64,000 nt of DNA from a virus: the IMG/VR virus record IMGVR_UViG_3300028586_000750. One strand, given 5' to 3'. Below, piece by piece: positions 8,990 to 17,616 of the stretch. The notes below the pieces were generated by a model. It was not told the DNA's origin. It ran no database searches and saw only the letters and a program-made list of their open reading frames with translations. The position numbers and the translations under genes are program-made. The number at the start of each line of letters is the position of its first letter. Within the stretch, counting starts at the first letter, position 1.

Positions 8990-9414
8990 TATTTTGCCTT
9001 CTTTTTTCTAGTCTTCGTTTTGATGTTTTTCTCTTCTTTGACCTGTTTAAGCAACTGGTAGTAGTTTACTTTTCTACGTACTTTTGCGTCAGGAAGGTTG
9101 AAGCGTTCTAAGGCGGTGATGTTAATAGACATTATTGATTTCATCATGCGTTCTTCTGATGACTCACCTAAAAGCCTAGTGACCTTTTCTTTATTCAACT
9201 TTTCTGAAAGTCCCACTATCAGCTTTCGGCGTGCTTCATCTTCTGCGTTTTCATAAGTGATGCTAGTTAAGTCTATTTCTACGAGTTCAACATATGCATC
9301 ATCTAGTTGTTTTTGAGTTTTGTCGTTATCCCAAGGAAGATAGACATAGCCTTGCTCTAGTAACCACCTGTTTACGCGAGCTTTTTCAGCCAAATTCAAA
9401 CTTATTCTTGCCAT
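8989..9414 (-). CDS. Hypothetical protein, SLAEKARINRWLLEQGY family copy 2
   Basis: Shares RWLLEQGYVYLPWDND and KVNYYQLLK with copy 1. Confidence 0.75.
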   Translation of the reverse strand: MARISLNLAEKARVNRWLLEQGYVYLPWDNDKTQKQLDDAYVELVEIDLTSITYENAEDEARRKLIVGLSEKLNKEKVTRLLGESSEERMMKSIMSINITALERFNLPDAKVRRKVNYYQLLKQVKEEKNIKTKTRKKKAK

Positions 9415-9538
9415 AGTTACATCTTTCGCAATATTCCCGTTAGCAATTTTAGCATTGTTCTGATTTTCACCTGAGAATAGTTAGTATAAGCAAGTCTTAA
9501 AAAAGACGTAAATTACAAAATGCTGATATGGTTACTAT

Positions 9539-9958
9539 ATGAAAATGTTCTTAATCGATCCTATTTGGGCTGCTAAAACATATAACCCTAATGTTAATAC
9601 TAAATCTGTTGTGGATGTAACTAAAGCTGCGATAGATTTTATTACTAATCTCAAATGGTATTACTCGTCCCCAGAAATTACGCACGTACAGGCCAAAACT
9701 ACCAAGGCTGATGGAACGGAGTATGCAGGTGGGGTTAATCTTATAGGTGAAAATGGAGAAATCAGAAAATATTTCAAAGCTCCACTAATTGCATCATGGC
9801 AAGACAGCGAAGATTGTGTCATTGTTGAAATGCCTACAATTCTAATTCAGCGAAAATTATATAATGTTCGTAAAGCTATGGAGCTTTTTAATATAGAACC
9901 TGAGGAAGATATCTCTTACCTTGATATCGCTGATGAGCTTGAATACATCAAAGCTTAA
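9539..9958 (+). CDS. Hypothetical protein, IDPIWAA family copy 2
   Basis: IDPIWAAKTYNPN...ADELEYI shared with 10001; leaderless. Confidence 0.75.
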   Translation: MKMFLIDPIWAAKTYNPNVNTKSVVDVTKAAIDFITNLKWYYSSPEITHVQAKTTKADGTEYAGGVNLIGENGEIRKYFKAPLIASWQDSEDCVIVEMPTILIQRKLYNVRKAMELFNIEPEEDISYLDIADELEYIKA

Positions 9959-10000
9959 CCTATAAAAGACCAATTTTAGAAAACGTGATAGATTTTATTT

Positions 10001-10402
10001 ATGCAAAAATTTTATATTGATCCTATTTGGGCTGCTAAAACATATAACCCTAATATAAATGTTAACTCTGTAGAGGAAGTGTCAAAAGCTGCTAACCTCT
10101 TTATAAAAAAATTAACATGTTATTATCCTACTCCAACTGAAATTCAAATTGACATGTTTTCAGTGTGCGCGGATGGGGAAAAATTTCATGGTCCTATAGA
10201 TATAATTTCTGAAGAGGGAAACGAATTAAGAGAAAAACATAAAAGTACATTATTGTCTTCTTGGAGAATCAGAGGCATATCCCATTTCCAAATGACTAGT
10301 GGAATTATTATAGTGAAACAACCTTATGATGTAGACAAAGCTATAAAGTTACACAACTTATTGTCTACTGGCGCTGATGAGCTTGAATATATAGAGTTTT
10401 AA
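10001..10402 (+). CDS. Hypothetical protein, IDPIWAA family copy 3
   Basis: Paralogue of 9539; leaderless TGATAGATT-N6-ATG. Confidence 0.75.
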   Translation: MQKFYIDPIWAAKTYNPNINVNSVEEVSKAANLFIKKLTCYYPTPTEIQIDMFSVCADGEKFHGPIDIISEEGNELREKHKSTLLSSWRIRGISHFQMTSGIIIVKQPYDVDKAIKLHNLLSTGADELEYIEF

Positions 10403-10446
10403 ATGAGTGAAGCCCCACCAGTCATCTGGTGGGGCTTCACTCATTT
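10401..10446. terminator. CCCCACCAG-core palindrome
   Basis: 21-bp stem, TCAT loop, convergent genes. Confidence 0.85.
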
Positions 10447-10450
10447 GCGA

Positions 10451-10789
10451 TTAACGACGGCGACTGCCACCGAGGGTGAAGATAAGACCAACGATGCCAA
10501 TAATAATCCAAGCGACAGCCCAGTTGTTAGCACCAACGTTTGCAATGTCCGTGATACCGAAAGCAATTGCCCAGATGCAAAGACCAATGATTGCGATGTT
10601 GATGAGAAGGTTAATCAGAATGGTCGCAGCAATTCCGAACTCAGCCGGGGCGTCAGTCAGCGTGCTACGGCTACGCGTAACGGGAGCCAGGTAACGGTAC
10701 TGCTCACGAGGGTCAACAGGCTGAACGGGAAGGTTCTTCTTTGCCTCAGCCTTGAGAGCGGCCTCTTCGCGGGAGTTACGAACAAACAT
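10451..10789 (-). CDS. Membrane protein
   Basis: Two C-terminal hydrophobic helices; RBS GAAGGG-like. Confidence 0.65.
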   Translation of the reverse strand: MFVRNSREEAALKAEAKKNLPVQPVDPREQYRYLAPVTRSRSTLTDAPAEFGIAATILINLLINIAIIGLCIWAIAFGITDIANVGANNWAVAWIIIGIVGLIFTLGGSRRR

Positions 10790-10880
10790 GATTTAATCCT
10801 TTGTTTTGAAGGGAATAACTTGTTGGTAGTTCCACTATAAGCTTTCGTACGCTTACATGTCAACTATTTCGCAAAACTTT

Positions 10881-11120
10881 TTAGGTATTTGGTAGAACAG
10901 ATATTGGTTGCAAACGCTCAATAAAACGAACATGAGTAATAACGCTCAAACTAGCGTAGACGCCTAGTGTTGCAACCAAGGAGAGTGCACCAGGAAAGTC
11001 TATGTCTCTACCTAGTGTTACTAAGATGATTAGTGTAATTGCTATAGCTGCAAGAAGCAGATAAGTAGCTATAGCTAAAACTGCTAATTTTATTTGTGAT
11101 GATGCTATCTTGTTGGCCAT
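10881..11120 (-). CDS. Small membrane protein
   Basis: Two hydrophobic helices. Confidence 0.55.
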   Translation of the reverse strand: MANKIASSQIKLAVLAIATYLLLAAIAITLIILVTLGRDIDFPGALSLVATLGVYASLSVITHVRFIERLQPISVLPNT

Positions 11121-11238
11121 AAGTTAATTATACGATAGAACGCGGTTGCTTCCATTAATTAAAGCACTTGGGAAAAGACATTGCTTTTCAAGGAATATAA
11201 TGATAAGATAGCCAGTAGACTACTTTATAAGGAATGCA

Positions 11239-12078
11239 ATGACTACAGTATTTATGTACCCAAACGACATGTTTGCGAAAAGCCAGGTTGACGATGAATT
11301 CGTTAACGACCTTGCTGCTGCCGTTGCACTTTCTTTCCCCACTGTTTTCCTAGATGCTGAATCGCTTGAAGATGACCGAATTAAAATTCGTGGCGTTATT
11401 CCAGAAGGAAGCACTGTTATCTATCGCGGGTGGATGCTTTCACCCGAGCGTTATCAGCGTCTTAGTAATGCTGTAGAAAAGACAGGTTCAGTTCTATTCA
11501 CCACACCTGAGCAGTATTCTAAAGCTCATTTCATGTCAGGTTGGATTGATGCTCTAGGTGACTTGACCTTCAAAACCAAGCTTTATCCTGCTCCCGTTGA
11601 CATTGACGCAATTGTTGCATCTGCACCCGATTGGTCCAGTTTCTTTGTCAAGGATTATGTAAAGTCCGTTTACGGCTTTACAGGGGAAGTTGTTAAAGAT
11701 GACCTTGCTAGTTTCTTGGAAGGTTTTATGGAAGAGCATAGCTACTGGCTTGCTGGTGGTATTGCTCTTCGTGAGTTCGTAAATATCCCTGAGGATGCTG
11801 TAGAGCTTCGCGGTTGGTGGGTTAATGGGAACTGGCACTTCACACCACATCCTAAGTTCGCAAATGTAGGAAGCCTTCCTGTCGTTGATGAAGAGCTTCT
11901 TAATAACATTAATGACAAGCTAAAAACTTTGGGTGTTGCGTTTGTTAGCGCTGATTTCATTGAGATTTCTGCTGGTTCTTGGACTGTTATCGAAATTGGT
12001 GACGGACAAGTTTCAGGACTACCCCACTATGAGGATGCATCAAGAAATGACGCTGTAAATATTTATAGACTATTTTAA
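11239..12078 (+). CDS. ATP-grasp domain protein (R2K/DUF4343-like)
   Basis: YRGWMLSPERY, FFVKDYVKS, ALREFV, ELRGWW, FVSADF, WTVIEIGDGQVSG. Confidence 0.85.
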   Translation: MTTVFMYPNDMFAKSQVDDEFVNDLAAAVALSFPTVFLDAESLEDDRIKIRGVIPEGSTVIYRGWMLSPERYQRLSNAVEKTGSVLFTTPEQYSKAHFMSGWIDALGDLTFKTKLYPAPVDIDAIVASAPDWSSFFVKDYVKSVYGFTGEVVKDDLASFLEGFMEEHSYWLAGGIALREFVNIPEDAVELRGWWVNGNWHFTPHPKFANVGSLPVVDEELLNNINDKLKTLGVAFVSADFIEISAGSWTVIEIGDGQVSGLPHYEDASRNDAVNIYRLF

Positions 12079-12135
12079 AATAGACTAAAGGCCCCAACTC
12101 AGATTGAGTTGGGGCCTTTAGTCTTAACTAACGTT

Positions 12136-12516
12136 TTACTTAATAAGGTTCCTGCGACGAGCTTCTGCCACATACTGGGAGTAATACTTATGTCCTGAGA
12201 AGAACTCTAGAACAAACGAGACTATTGACACTGCCGAAAAGAAGCCTGTGATGAGAAGTGGGATACCCAAAATAATCCAGATACCCCAGAAGTTGAAGTT
12301 AATCTGTAAAGGCACCGCTACTGCAAGGAAAACAGCCGTTAAGAGAACAGCTACCACAGCAAGGAAGTCTTCTTCGGGAGCGCTGTGAGCGGCGAAGTGA
12401 GAATAGTGGCCTCTAGAGTTGGTTTCACTTTTGATAGTCTCAAGTAGCTCACTGTCGGACAAGCTCTTGTGATAAGAGTCTTCTTGGCCCAAGTCTTTTA
12501 AGGTAACTGTTTGCAT
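12136..12516 (-). CDS. Membrane protein
   Basis: Start reassigned to MQTVTL; two TM helices. Confidence 0.6.
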   Translation of the reverse strand: MQTVTLKDLGQEDSYHKSLSDSELLETIKSETNSRGHYSHFAAHSAPEEDFLAVVAVLLTAVFLAVAVPLQINFNFWGIWIILGIPLLITGFFSAVSIVSFVLEFFSGHKYYSQYVAEARRRNLIK

Positions 12517-12665
12517 AAAATTAGTGTAGCACAAGCTTCTAACTTGCGCAACCATGTGCAACTTAAAAGTTTGCGCTACATATTGATTTATACGGGTTCT
12601 TTGTGTATGCTTACTGTATTGAGCGGCACCGAATACAGCGTGTGCCACATTTGTTGGAGAATATT

Positions 12666-12896
12666 ATGAACCGCTTTTTCGCTTTTGTCGCTAGCGCTTG
12701 GATTGCTGTTGCTCTCGGAATCATTGCTGCTCTGGTAATCGTCCTGGTCAACGTTTTTGACGGCCTGAACAATGGTTGGGAGACTTCCAACACCATCTGG
12801 ATTATTGGTGCTGTTGGCGGCTTCTTCATCTGGGAAATTACAGTGGTTATCATTGCGGTTGTCTCCGCAGTGGTCACGAATAAGAACCGCTTTTAA
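12666..12896 (+). CDS. Small membrane protein
   Basis: RBS GGAG; two TM helices; start MNRFFAF. Confidence 0.65.
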   Translation: MNRFFAFVASAWIAVALGIIAALVIVLVNVFDGLNNGWETSNTIWIIGAVGGFFIWEITVVIIAVVSAVVTNKNRF

Positions 12897-13027
12897 CTAG
12901 TAACTAGGTAAGGCCCCAAGTCATTTAAGGCTTGGGGCCTTACCTTTACCCTTTGGGAAAAGACAGTGCATATAAACAAGTGTGGCCCCTTACTAATCAG
13001 GTAAGGGGCCACACTTGGAAGGTCTAA

Positions 13028-13114
13028 CTAGATACCAAGCTCATTCATGAGAGCAATCGTCTCAGCGTCGAACTCGTCGGTCATGATGAACTCATCGTCA
13101 GTGTAAGTAGCCAT
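13028..13114 (-). CDS. 28-aa acidic peptide
   Basis: MATYTDDEFIMTDEFDAETIALMNELGI; RBS AAGGAAA; ends at a hairpin. Confidence 0.6.
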   Translation of the reverse strand: MATYTDDEFIMTDEFDAETIALMNELGI

Positions 13115-13308
13115 TGTAATAGGTTTCCTTCTGTAAGTTAGTGGGTGTCTTGCTTTCTGGTTACAGCTTACATCCTTATTTTGAAGCTTGTCAACTTGAA
13201 ACGGAACTTTTTTAGAAAAAGATTTCCGGGTTTTAAGTTGCATCCAGCCATTGAGAGTGATAGAGTTCTTACATACAGCAACACCACCTAAAAACTTTGG
13301 AGAAATAA

Positions 13309-13533
13309 ATGTTCAACCCCTTCGCTTTCGGTCGTAAGAAGAACCTCACGTTCGTTCAGATTGAGGTTAAGAACCTTCAGCTTAACGATGTTGTTCGTGA
13401 AGGTGGGCACACTGCTGAGGTTGCGGAAATGAACTCGTCCGTTGCTTTCGCTGGCCACCTGAACATCAAGCTCGCTGATGGACACACGTTCCTTGCTCAG
13501 CCTTTCGAGACGATTTACCGTCAGGCTGCGTAA
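13309..13533 (+). CDS. Hypothetical protein
   Basis: RBS GGAG; C-ending codon bias. Confidence 0.7.
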   Translation: MFNPFAFGRKKNLTFVQIEVKNLQLNDVVREGGHTAEVAEMNSSVAFAGHLNIKLADGHTFLAQPFETIYRQAA

Positions 13534-13538
13534 TAAAA

Positions 13539-13586
13539 CATAAAGGTAATGCCCCACCAGTTATCTGGTGGGGCATTACCTTTATG
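13539..13586. terminator. CCCCACCAG-core palindrome
   Basis: 22-bp stem, TTAT loop. Confidence 0.85.
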
Positions 13587-13627
13587 ACACTCCATGCTTT
13601 ATAGTTGAATTATGGTAAACTTAATAT

Positions 13628-14296
13628 ATGAAACCTATAATTTTCTTAGACTTTGATGGTGTGATCAATGCTATCCCACGTGAGCGCATTTACGTGGGGC
13701 CTGAACCAGCGGACATTCTTGATATGTACCCTTCAAAGAACTGGGAATGGAAAGACGTTACGCCTGACCTAGAAACCCATTTTGAGCTAGACCAAATCAC
13801 TACTGCGCATACTAACGGTCGTGACTACAAAATCACTTATTCTTCTGAGGTCGTAGCTGCATTACGTGAACTAATTGTTGAAGACAAAGTGCAGTTCATC
13901 TGGTTAACGACATGGCGTGAAGATGCTATGTCTAAGTTGAACCCTATTCTTGGTTTCCCTAACGACAAAACATCTAGTTTGCAGTGGTTTGATACTTCTA
14001 TCAGTCACACAAACCCTCAAATGGGTAAATATTACGGGATGATTGACTACTTTGAAAAACTTGAACGCGATAACGTTGATTTAGACGGAACATCCATTGT
14101 CTGGGTTGATGATGTAGCTACAATTGGGTTTGTTGATTTGACTGATAAAGAGAAAAAGTTCCGTATTGAGCATTATGCTGCTTCACCAGTTCTTTTATAC
14201 CCTTCTCTTGTAGTTAAACCAGATATGCATTTTGGTATTTCTCGTGCTGAATTGAAAAGCATTCAGGATTTTGTTGAAGAGCAGAACAAGCGATAA
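13628..14296 (+). CDS. HAD-family phosphatase (Swiss-Army-knife RNA-repair HAD type) copy 1
   Basis: FLDFDGVIN motif I, WLTTWR, VWVDD; leaderless. Confidence 0.8.
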   Translation: MKPIIFLDFDGVINAIPRERIYVGPEPADILDMYPSKNWEWKDVTPDLETHFELDQITTAHTNGRDYKITYSSEVVAALRELIVEDKVQFIWLTTWREDAMSKLNPILGFPNDKTSSLQWFDTSISHTNPQMGKYYGMIDYFEKLERDNVDLDGTSIVWVDDVATIGFVDLTDKEKKFRIEHYAASPVLLYPSLVVKPDMHFGISRAELKSIQDFVEEQNKR

Positions 14297-14305
14297 CCGA
14301 GTGGT

Positions 14306-14503
14306 TTAGATTTCCGCGCTTTCGCCATATGCGATAGCGCGGCTTTCTTTACGGGCAATGGACATTAGCTCAAGCACTGCTTTGGCTGCAATAATCTTCT
14401 TATCTTGGACAGTGTTCCCGTTCCATGATACTGATTGCTTAGCTAAGTATTTTGCTTCGTCAAGGTCGATTGTTAATGTGTTGGTTGGGCCTGAATATTT
14501 CAT
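14306..14503 (-). CDS. Hypothetical protein
   Basis: Leaderless TAAACT-N6-ATG. Confidence 0.55.
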   Translation of the reverse strand: MKYSGPTNTLTIDLDEAKYLAKQSVSWNGNTVQDKKIIAAKAVLELMSIARKESRAIAYGESAEI

Positions 14504-14576
14504 AGTTCTAGTTTAACCCAAAAATTATTGTCGTTAAAGAATAAGATGATTTCAAACTTAATGCTAAACTTTCTAC

Positions 14577-14912
14577 ATGAAAAACATTATATTAACTGGT
14601 ACCCCAGTTTCTTTGCCTGAACACATGCGACAACTTTCTATTCATGATGCGCCTCTTGATGTAGTGGTCTATATGCCTTTTGATAACCTTTATGTTGATG
14701 GCAATTATGGGCTATGGGTTAGCCCTGATGATGGTTTTTATGACCTTGAGGACATTGAGGATGAAGAAGAAGATTTCGTTGCAGTCACTCGCCATGAAGA
14801 AGGTTTTGAAATTTGGGTTAGCATACTTGACCAATTTACTGTTGACCGTACAGCCACCTTTGAAAAGTTTCTTCCTGTTATCCGTTTGAACTTAGCGGAT
14901 GAAGAAGACTAA
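14577..14912 (+). CDS. Acidic hypothetical protein
   Basis: Leaderless TGCTAAACT-N6-ATG. Confidence 0.65.
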   Translation: MKNIILTGTPVSLPEHMRQLSIHDAPLDVVVYMPFDNLYVDGNYGLWVSPDDGFYDLEDIEDEEEDFVAVTRHEEGFEIWVSILDQFTVDRTATFEKFLPVIRLNLADEED

Positions 14913-14928
14913 CCCTTTGGGAAAAGAC

Positions 14929-14966
14929 AAGTAAGGCCCCACCAGATGACTGGTGGGGCCTTACTT
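14929..14966. terminator. CCCCACCAG-core palindrome
   Basis: 17-bp stem, ATGA loop, convergent genes. Confidence 0.85.
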
Positions 14967-14975
14967 TATTGTGTG

Positions 14976-15110
14976 CTACTCAGCGAGGATACCACTGGCA
15001 CCCGACACGCTCACAATAGCGGTTGCGTTGGTGTCCTCCACCGTTGCAACAGCCGGAGTGGCCGTGGTAAGGGCAAGAACAAAAACGATGCTAGCTCCGA
15101 AGACCTTCAT
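14976..15110 (-). CDS. 44-aa secreted-type peptide, paralogue of 60932..61063
   Basis: Hand-translated MKVFGASIVFVLALTTATPAVATVEDTNATAIVSVSGASGILAE; RBS AAAGGAAAA; own promoter. Confidence 0.8.
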   Translation of the reverse strand: MKVFGASIVFVLALTTATPAVATVEDTNATAIVSVSGASGILAE

Positions 15111-15149
15111 GATGTTTTCCTTTCTCAGTGGTTTTTCTCTCTAACAACA

Positions 15150-15178
15150 AGTATACGGGTTTACCCCATCAAGTGCAA
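15150..15178 (-). promoter_or_regulatory. Sigma70-type promoter of the 44-aa peptide
   Basis: TTGCAC-N17-TATACT on the minus strand. Confidence 0.7.
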
Positions 15179-15298
15179 CCTTTTGGGCCATTCATTTGGA
15201 CATATTTGATAACAAAAGTTCACTTGGTTTTCTGGCCATGAACCGGGTTTTCTACAAACACTGATTATAGATATGTAGAAAACATCCGAGGGGAACAC

Positions 15299-15766
15299 GT
15301 GTTAAAAATTTTACGCGCACAACGACAAAGCGCAAGTGAAGAGGGCTTCACTCTTATCGAGTTAATGATCGTTGTGGTCATTATTGGCATCCTCGCTGCT
15401 ATTGCTATTCCAATCTTCGCAAACCAACAGAAATCAGCTATAGCGGCTGGCGTTAAGTCAGATGTTAAGAACACCAACACAAACATCGCTACAGCGCTTA
15501 TTAAAAACCCTAAATCAGATGATGTATCTGCTGATTTTAAAGAGTCAGAAGTTTATAACGGTCACCCTGTAACAAAAACAGAAGCTGACGCAGGAAAAAA
15601 TGTTGTCATTAGCGATACCAGAACAACTATTACAATAGGTGATGGAACCGGAGAACGCATAGCTTGGGACCGCTACATTGTGGTAGGTAAAAATCCTTCT
15701 GTTAGTTCTACGTTCAGTGTTACTTACGACGTAAAAACAGGTAAAACAACAACAGTGGGAGCATAA
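15299..15766 (+). CDS. Type IV pilin, Cys-free tail
   Basis: GTG start; SEEG|FTLIELMIVVVIIGILAAIAIPIFANQQK. Confidence 0.93.
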   Translation: MLKILRAQRQSASEEGFTLIELMIVVVIIGILAAIAIPIFANQQKSAIAAGVKSDVKNTNTNIATALIKNPKSDDVSADFKESEVYNGHPVTKTEADAGKNVVISDTRTTITIGDGTGERIAWDRYIVVGKNPSVSSTFSVTYDVKTGKTTTVGA

Positions 15767-15767
15767 A

Positions 15768-16322
15768 ATGGTTAACAGACTCAAAAACTTACGTAGTTCA
15801 GGCTCAGAAGAAGGCTTTACTCTCATTGAGTTAATGATCGTTGTAGTGATCATTGGTATCCTCGCTGCTATTGCTATACCAATTTTCGCCAATCAACAGA
15901 AAGCTGCTCAACTTGCTGCTGTTAAATCTGACGTTAAGAACACTGCGTTAGCAATTCAAACTCACGCGACTAAAGGTTTCTACCCAACAACTGACGCTCA
16001 ACTGCAAGCAACAAAAATTAGTGTCAGTGCACCAGGGAATTTTGACCTTACACGCAACAACTATCTAGTATGTACCACTAAAGGCGGCGCTAATACTAAT
16101 GAGTACGCTGTTGCTGCGTTATCTAATGACGGTAAAACTCTTGTCTACTACACGTCAACCGAAGGATTAAAAACTTCTGAGACTATTACCTTAGCTAATA
16201 GCATTGCAGGTTCTTGTGCTCAAATGGGTATCACAGTTGACTCTGCTACAGGTTTTGGCGCATGGGCTTACGGCGGGACAACAACTAAAGCTTGGTACCC
16301 TTGGACTGGAGTAACAGCATAA
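15768..16322 (+). CDS. Type IV pilin, Cys-containing tail
   Basis: G|FTLIEL motif; two Cys. Confidence 0.95.
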   Translation: MVNRLKNLRSSGSEEGFTLIELMIVVVIIGILAAIAIPIFANQQKAAQLAAVKSDVKNTALAIQTHATKGFYPTTDAQLQATKISVSAPGNFDLTRNNYLVCTTKGGANTNEYAVAALSNDGKTLVYYTSTEGLKTSETITLANSIAGSCAQMGITVDSATGFGAWAYGGTTTKAWYPWTGVTA

Positions 16323-16324
16323 TT

Positions 16325-16804
16325 ATGATTAATAGACTTAAAAACTTACGTAACTCAGGTTCAGAGGAAGGGTTTACCCTTATCGAGCTAATGATTGTTG
16401 TTGTGATTATTGGCATCCTTGCTGCGATTGCTATTCCTATTTTCGCAAACCAACAGAAGGCCGCTATAGACGCTAGTATAAAAAGCGACGTGAAAAATGG
16501 CGTTTTGGCAATTGAAACTTATTTTGCTCAGCATCCAGAAAAGACAACTTTTACTGCTGCTGATTTGTCCGGTCAATTTAAACCAGGCAAAGACACACGA
16601 ATTGAGGTTTGGGGTACCAAAAAAGCTTACTGTGTCATTGGAAGCAACCCAAACTCTGGTTCATACAACTTAAGTCCTGGCGCATCTGGTAATGACCCAA
16701 CTTACTACTTGTATTATAACCTTGAAGGGTACAAGAAAGACGCACAACGCTGGTCTTTTGAAGCCTGTCGTGATGGTTCACCTGTAGTATTTACTACTTC
16801 TTAG
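16325..16804 (+). CDS. Type IV pilin, Cys-containing tail
   Basis: Start reassigned to MINRLKN (16325); G|FTLIEL motif; two Cys. Confidence 0.95.
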   Translation: MINRLKNLRNSGSEEGFTLIELMIVVVIIGILAAIAIPIFANQQKAAIDASIKSDVKNGVLAIETYFAQHPEKTTFTAADLSGQFKPGKDTRIEVWGTKKAYCVIGSNPNSGSYNLSPGASGNDPTYYLYYNLEGYKKDAQRWSFEACRDGSPVVFTTS

Positions 16805-16882
16805 TAGGCTATGGGAAAAGACACTTAAACTAGGAAAGCTCCTCACCTGATGGTGGGGAGCTTTTTTGGATGAGGCGGGGTA

Positions 16883-17065
16883 TTACCAGCCGGACTTGAT
16901 TGCGTTGCTCTTGGAGGAAGAGCGGGTGCGCTCGCGCTTGGGACGGTTGTCGTGGCTTCCAGCGGCACCAGAAGTGTACTTGGAAACAATTCCGTCGTAC
17001 ATGGGACGGTTTCCCATGTCAGCGAACTTCATGTCCTGCGGCTTGATGTTCTTACGCTTAGCCAT
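16883..17065 (-). CDS. Small basic protein, GxHDNRP family copy 1
   Basis: AGSHDNRPKRERTR..NAI shared with 57289..57465. Confidence 0.7.
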   Translation of the reverse strand: MAKRKNIKPQDMKFADMGNRPMYDGIVSKYTSGAAGSHDNRPKRERTRSSSKSNAIKSGW

Positions 17066-17204
17066 GATTTCTTCTTTCTTGTTTAATGCTTAGTTTCTTG
17101 GACATTTACAAGTATAGGACAGGTTCCAGAAAATTGCAACATTTCAACCAAAAAACTTTTGCCCTTAACCTGAAACCAGGTTAAGGGCAAAAGTTGTGGT
17201 GCTT

Positions 17205-17528
17205 TTAGCTCATGTACTTGTCAATCATCATGCGAAGTGCCTCCGCGAGGATGATACGCTGGGCGGTCTCGAAGGGGTCAATCCACTGGCCGTTGTCGGG
17301 GTAAGCAAGAGCAAGGGTCATCTTGTTGTCGATGATACCAGTCTCGGTGTCAATCGTCATCTTGCTGGTAGCCTGAACGGTGAAATCGCCCGCGTAGCCA
17401 CCAACCTTGCGAAGAATGGGAGAAAGCGTCTCGGTGTACTGCTCCGTGGCCATAGCGGAAGCTTCCTGCTCCATCTTGGTCAGCGCGTCAGCAATGGTCA
17501 GGTCAGTGGAAGTGGCGGTAAGCATCAT
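17205..17528 (-). CDS. Hypothetical protein, paralogue of 17856
   Basis: PILRKVGGYAGDF vs PILRHATGYVGEF; both preceded by AAAGGAAAACCA. Confidence 0.7.
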   Translation of the reverse strand: MMLTATSTDLTIADALTKMEQEASAMATEQYTETLSPILRKVGGYAGDFTVQATSKMTIDTETGIIDNKMTLALAYPDNGQWIDPFETAQRIILAEALRMMIDKYMS

Positions 17529-17616
17529 GATTGGTTTTCCTTTGTTTGGGTGGAACCGGCTAATAATTCAAGTATATGAGGTTGGAACCAGAAGCGCAAG
17601 TGCTTTAGGAATTAAT

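Noticed and set aside
10403-10840. ORFs starting inside palindromes (10403..10840, 14946..15209, 33069..33278)
   Set aside because: Start codons lie within terminator stems, there is no RBS, and they overlap better-supported opposite-strand genes.
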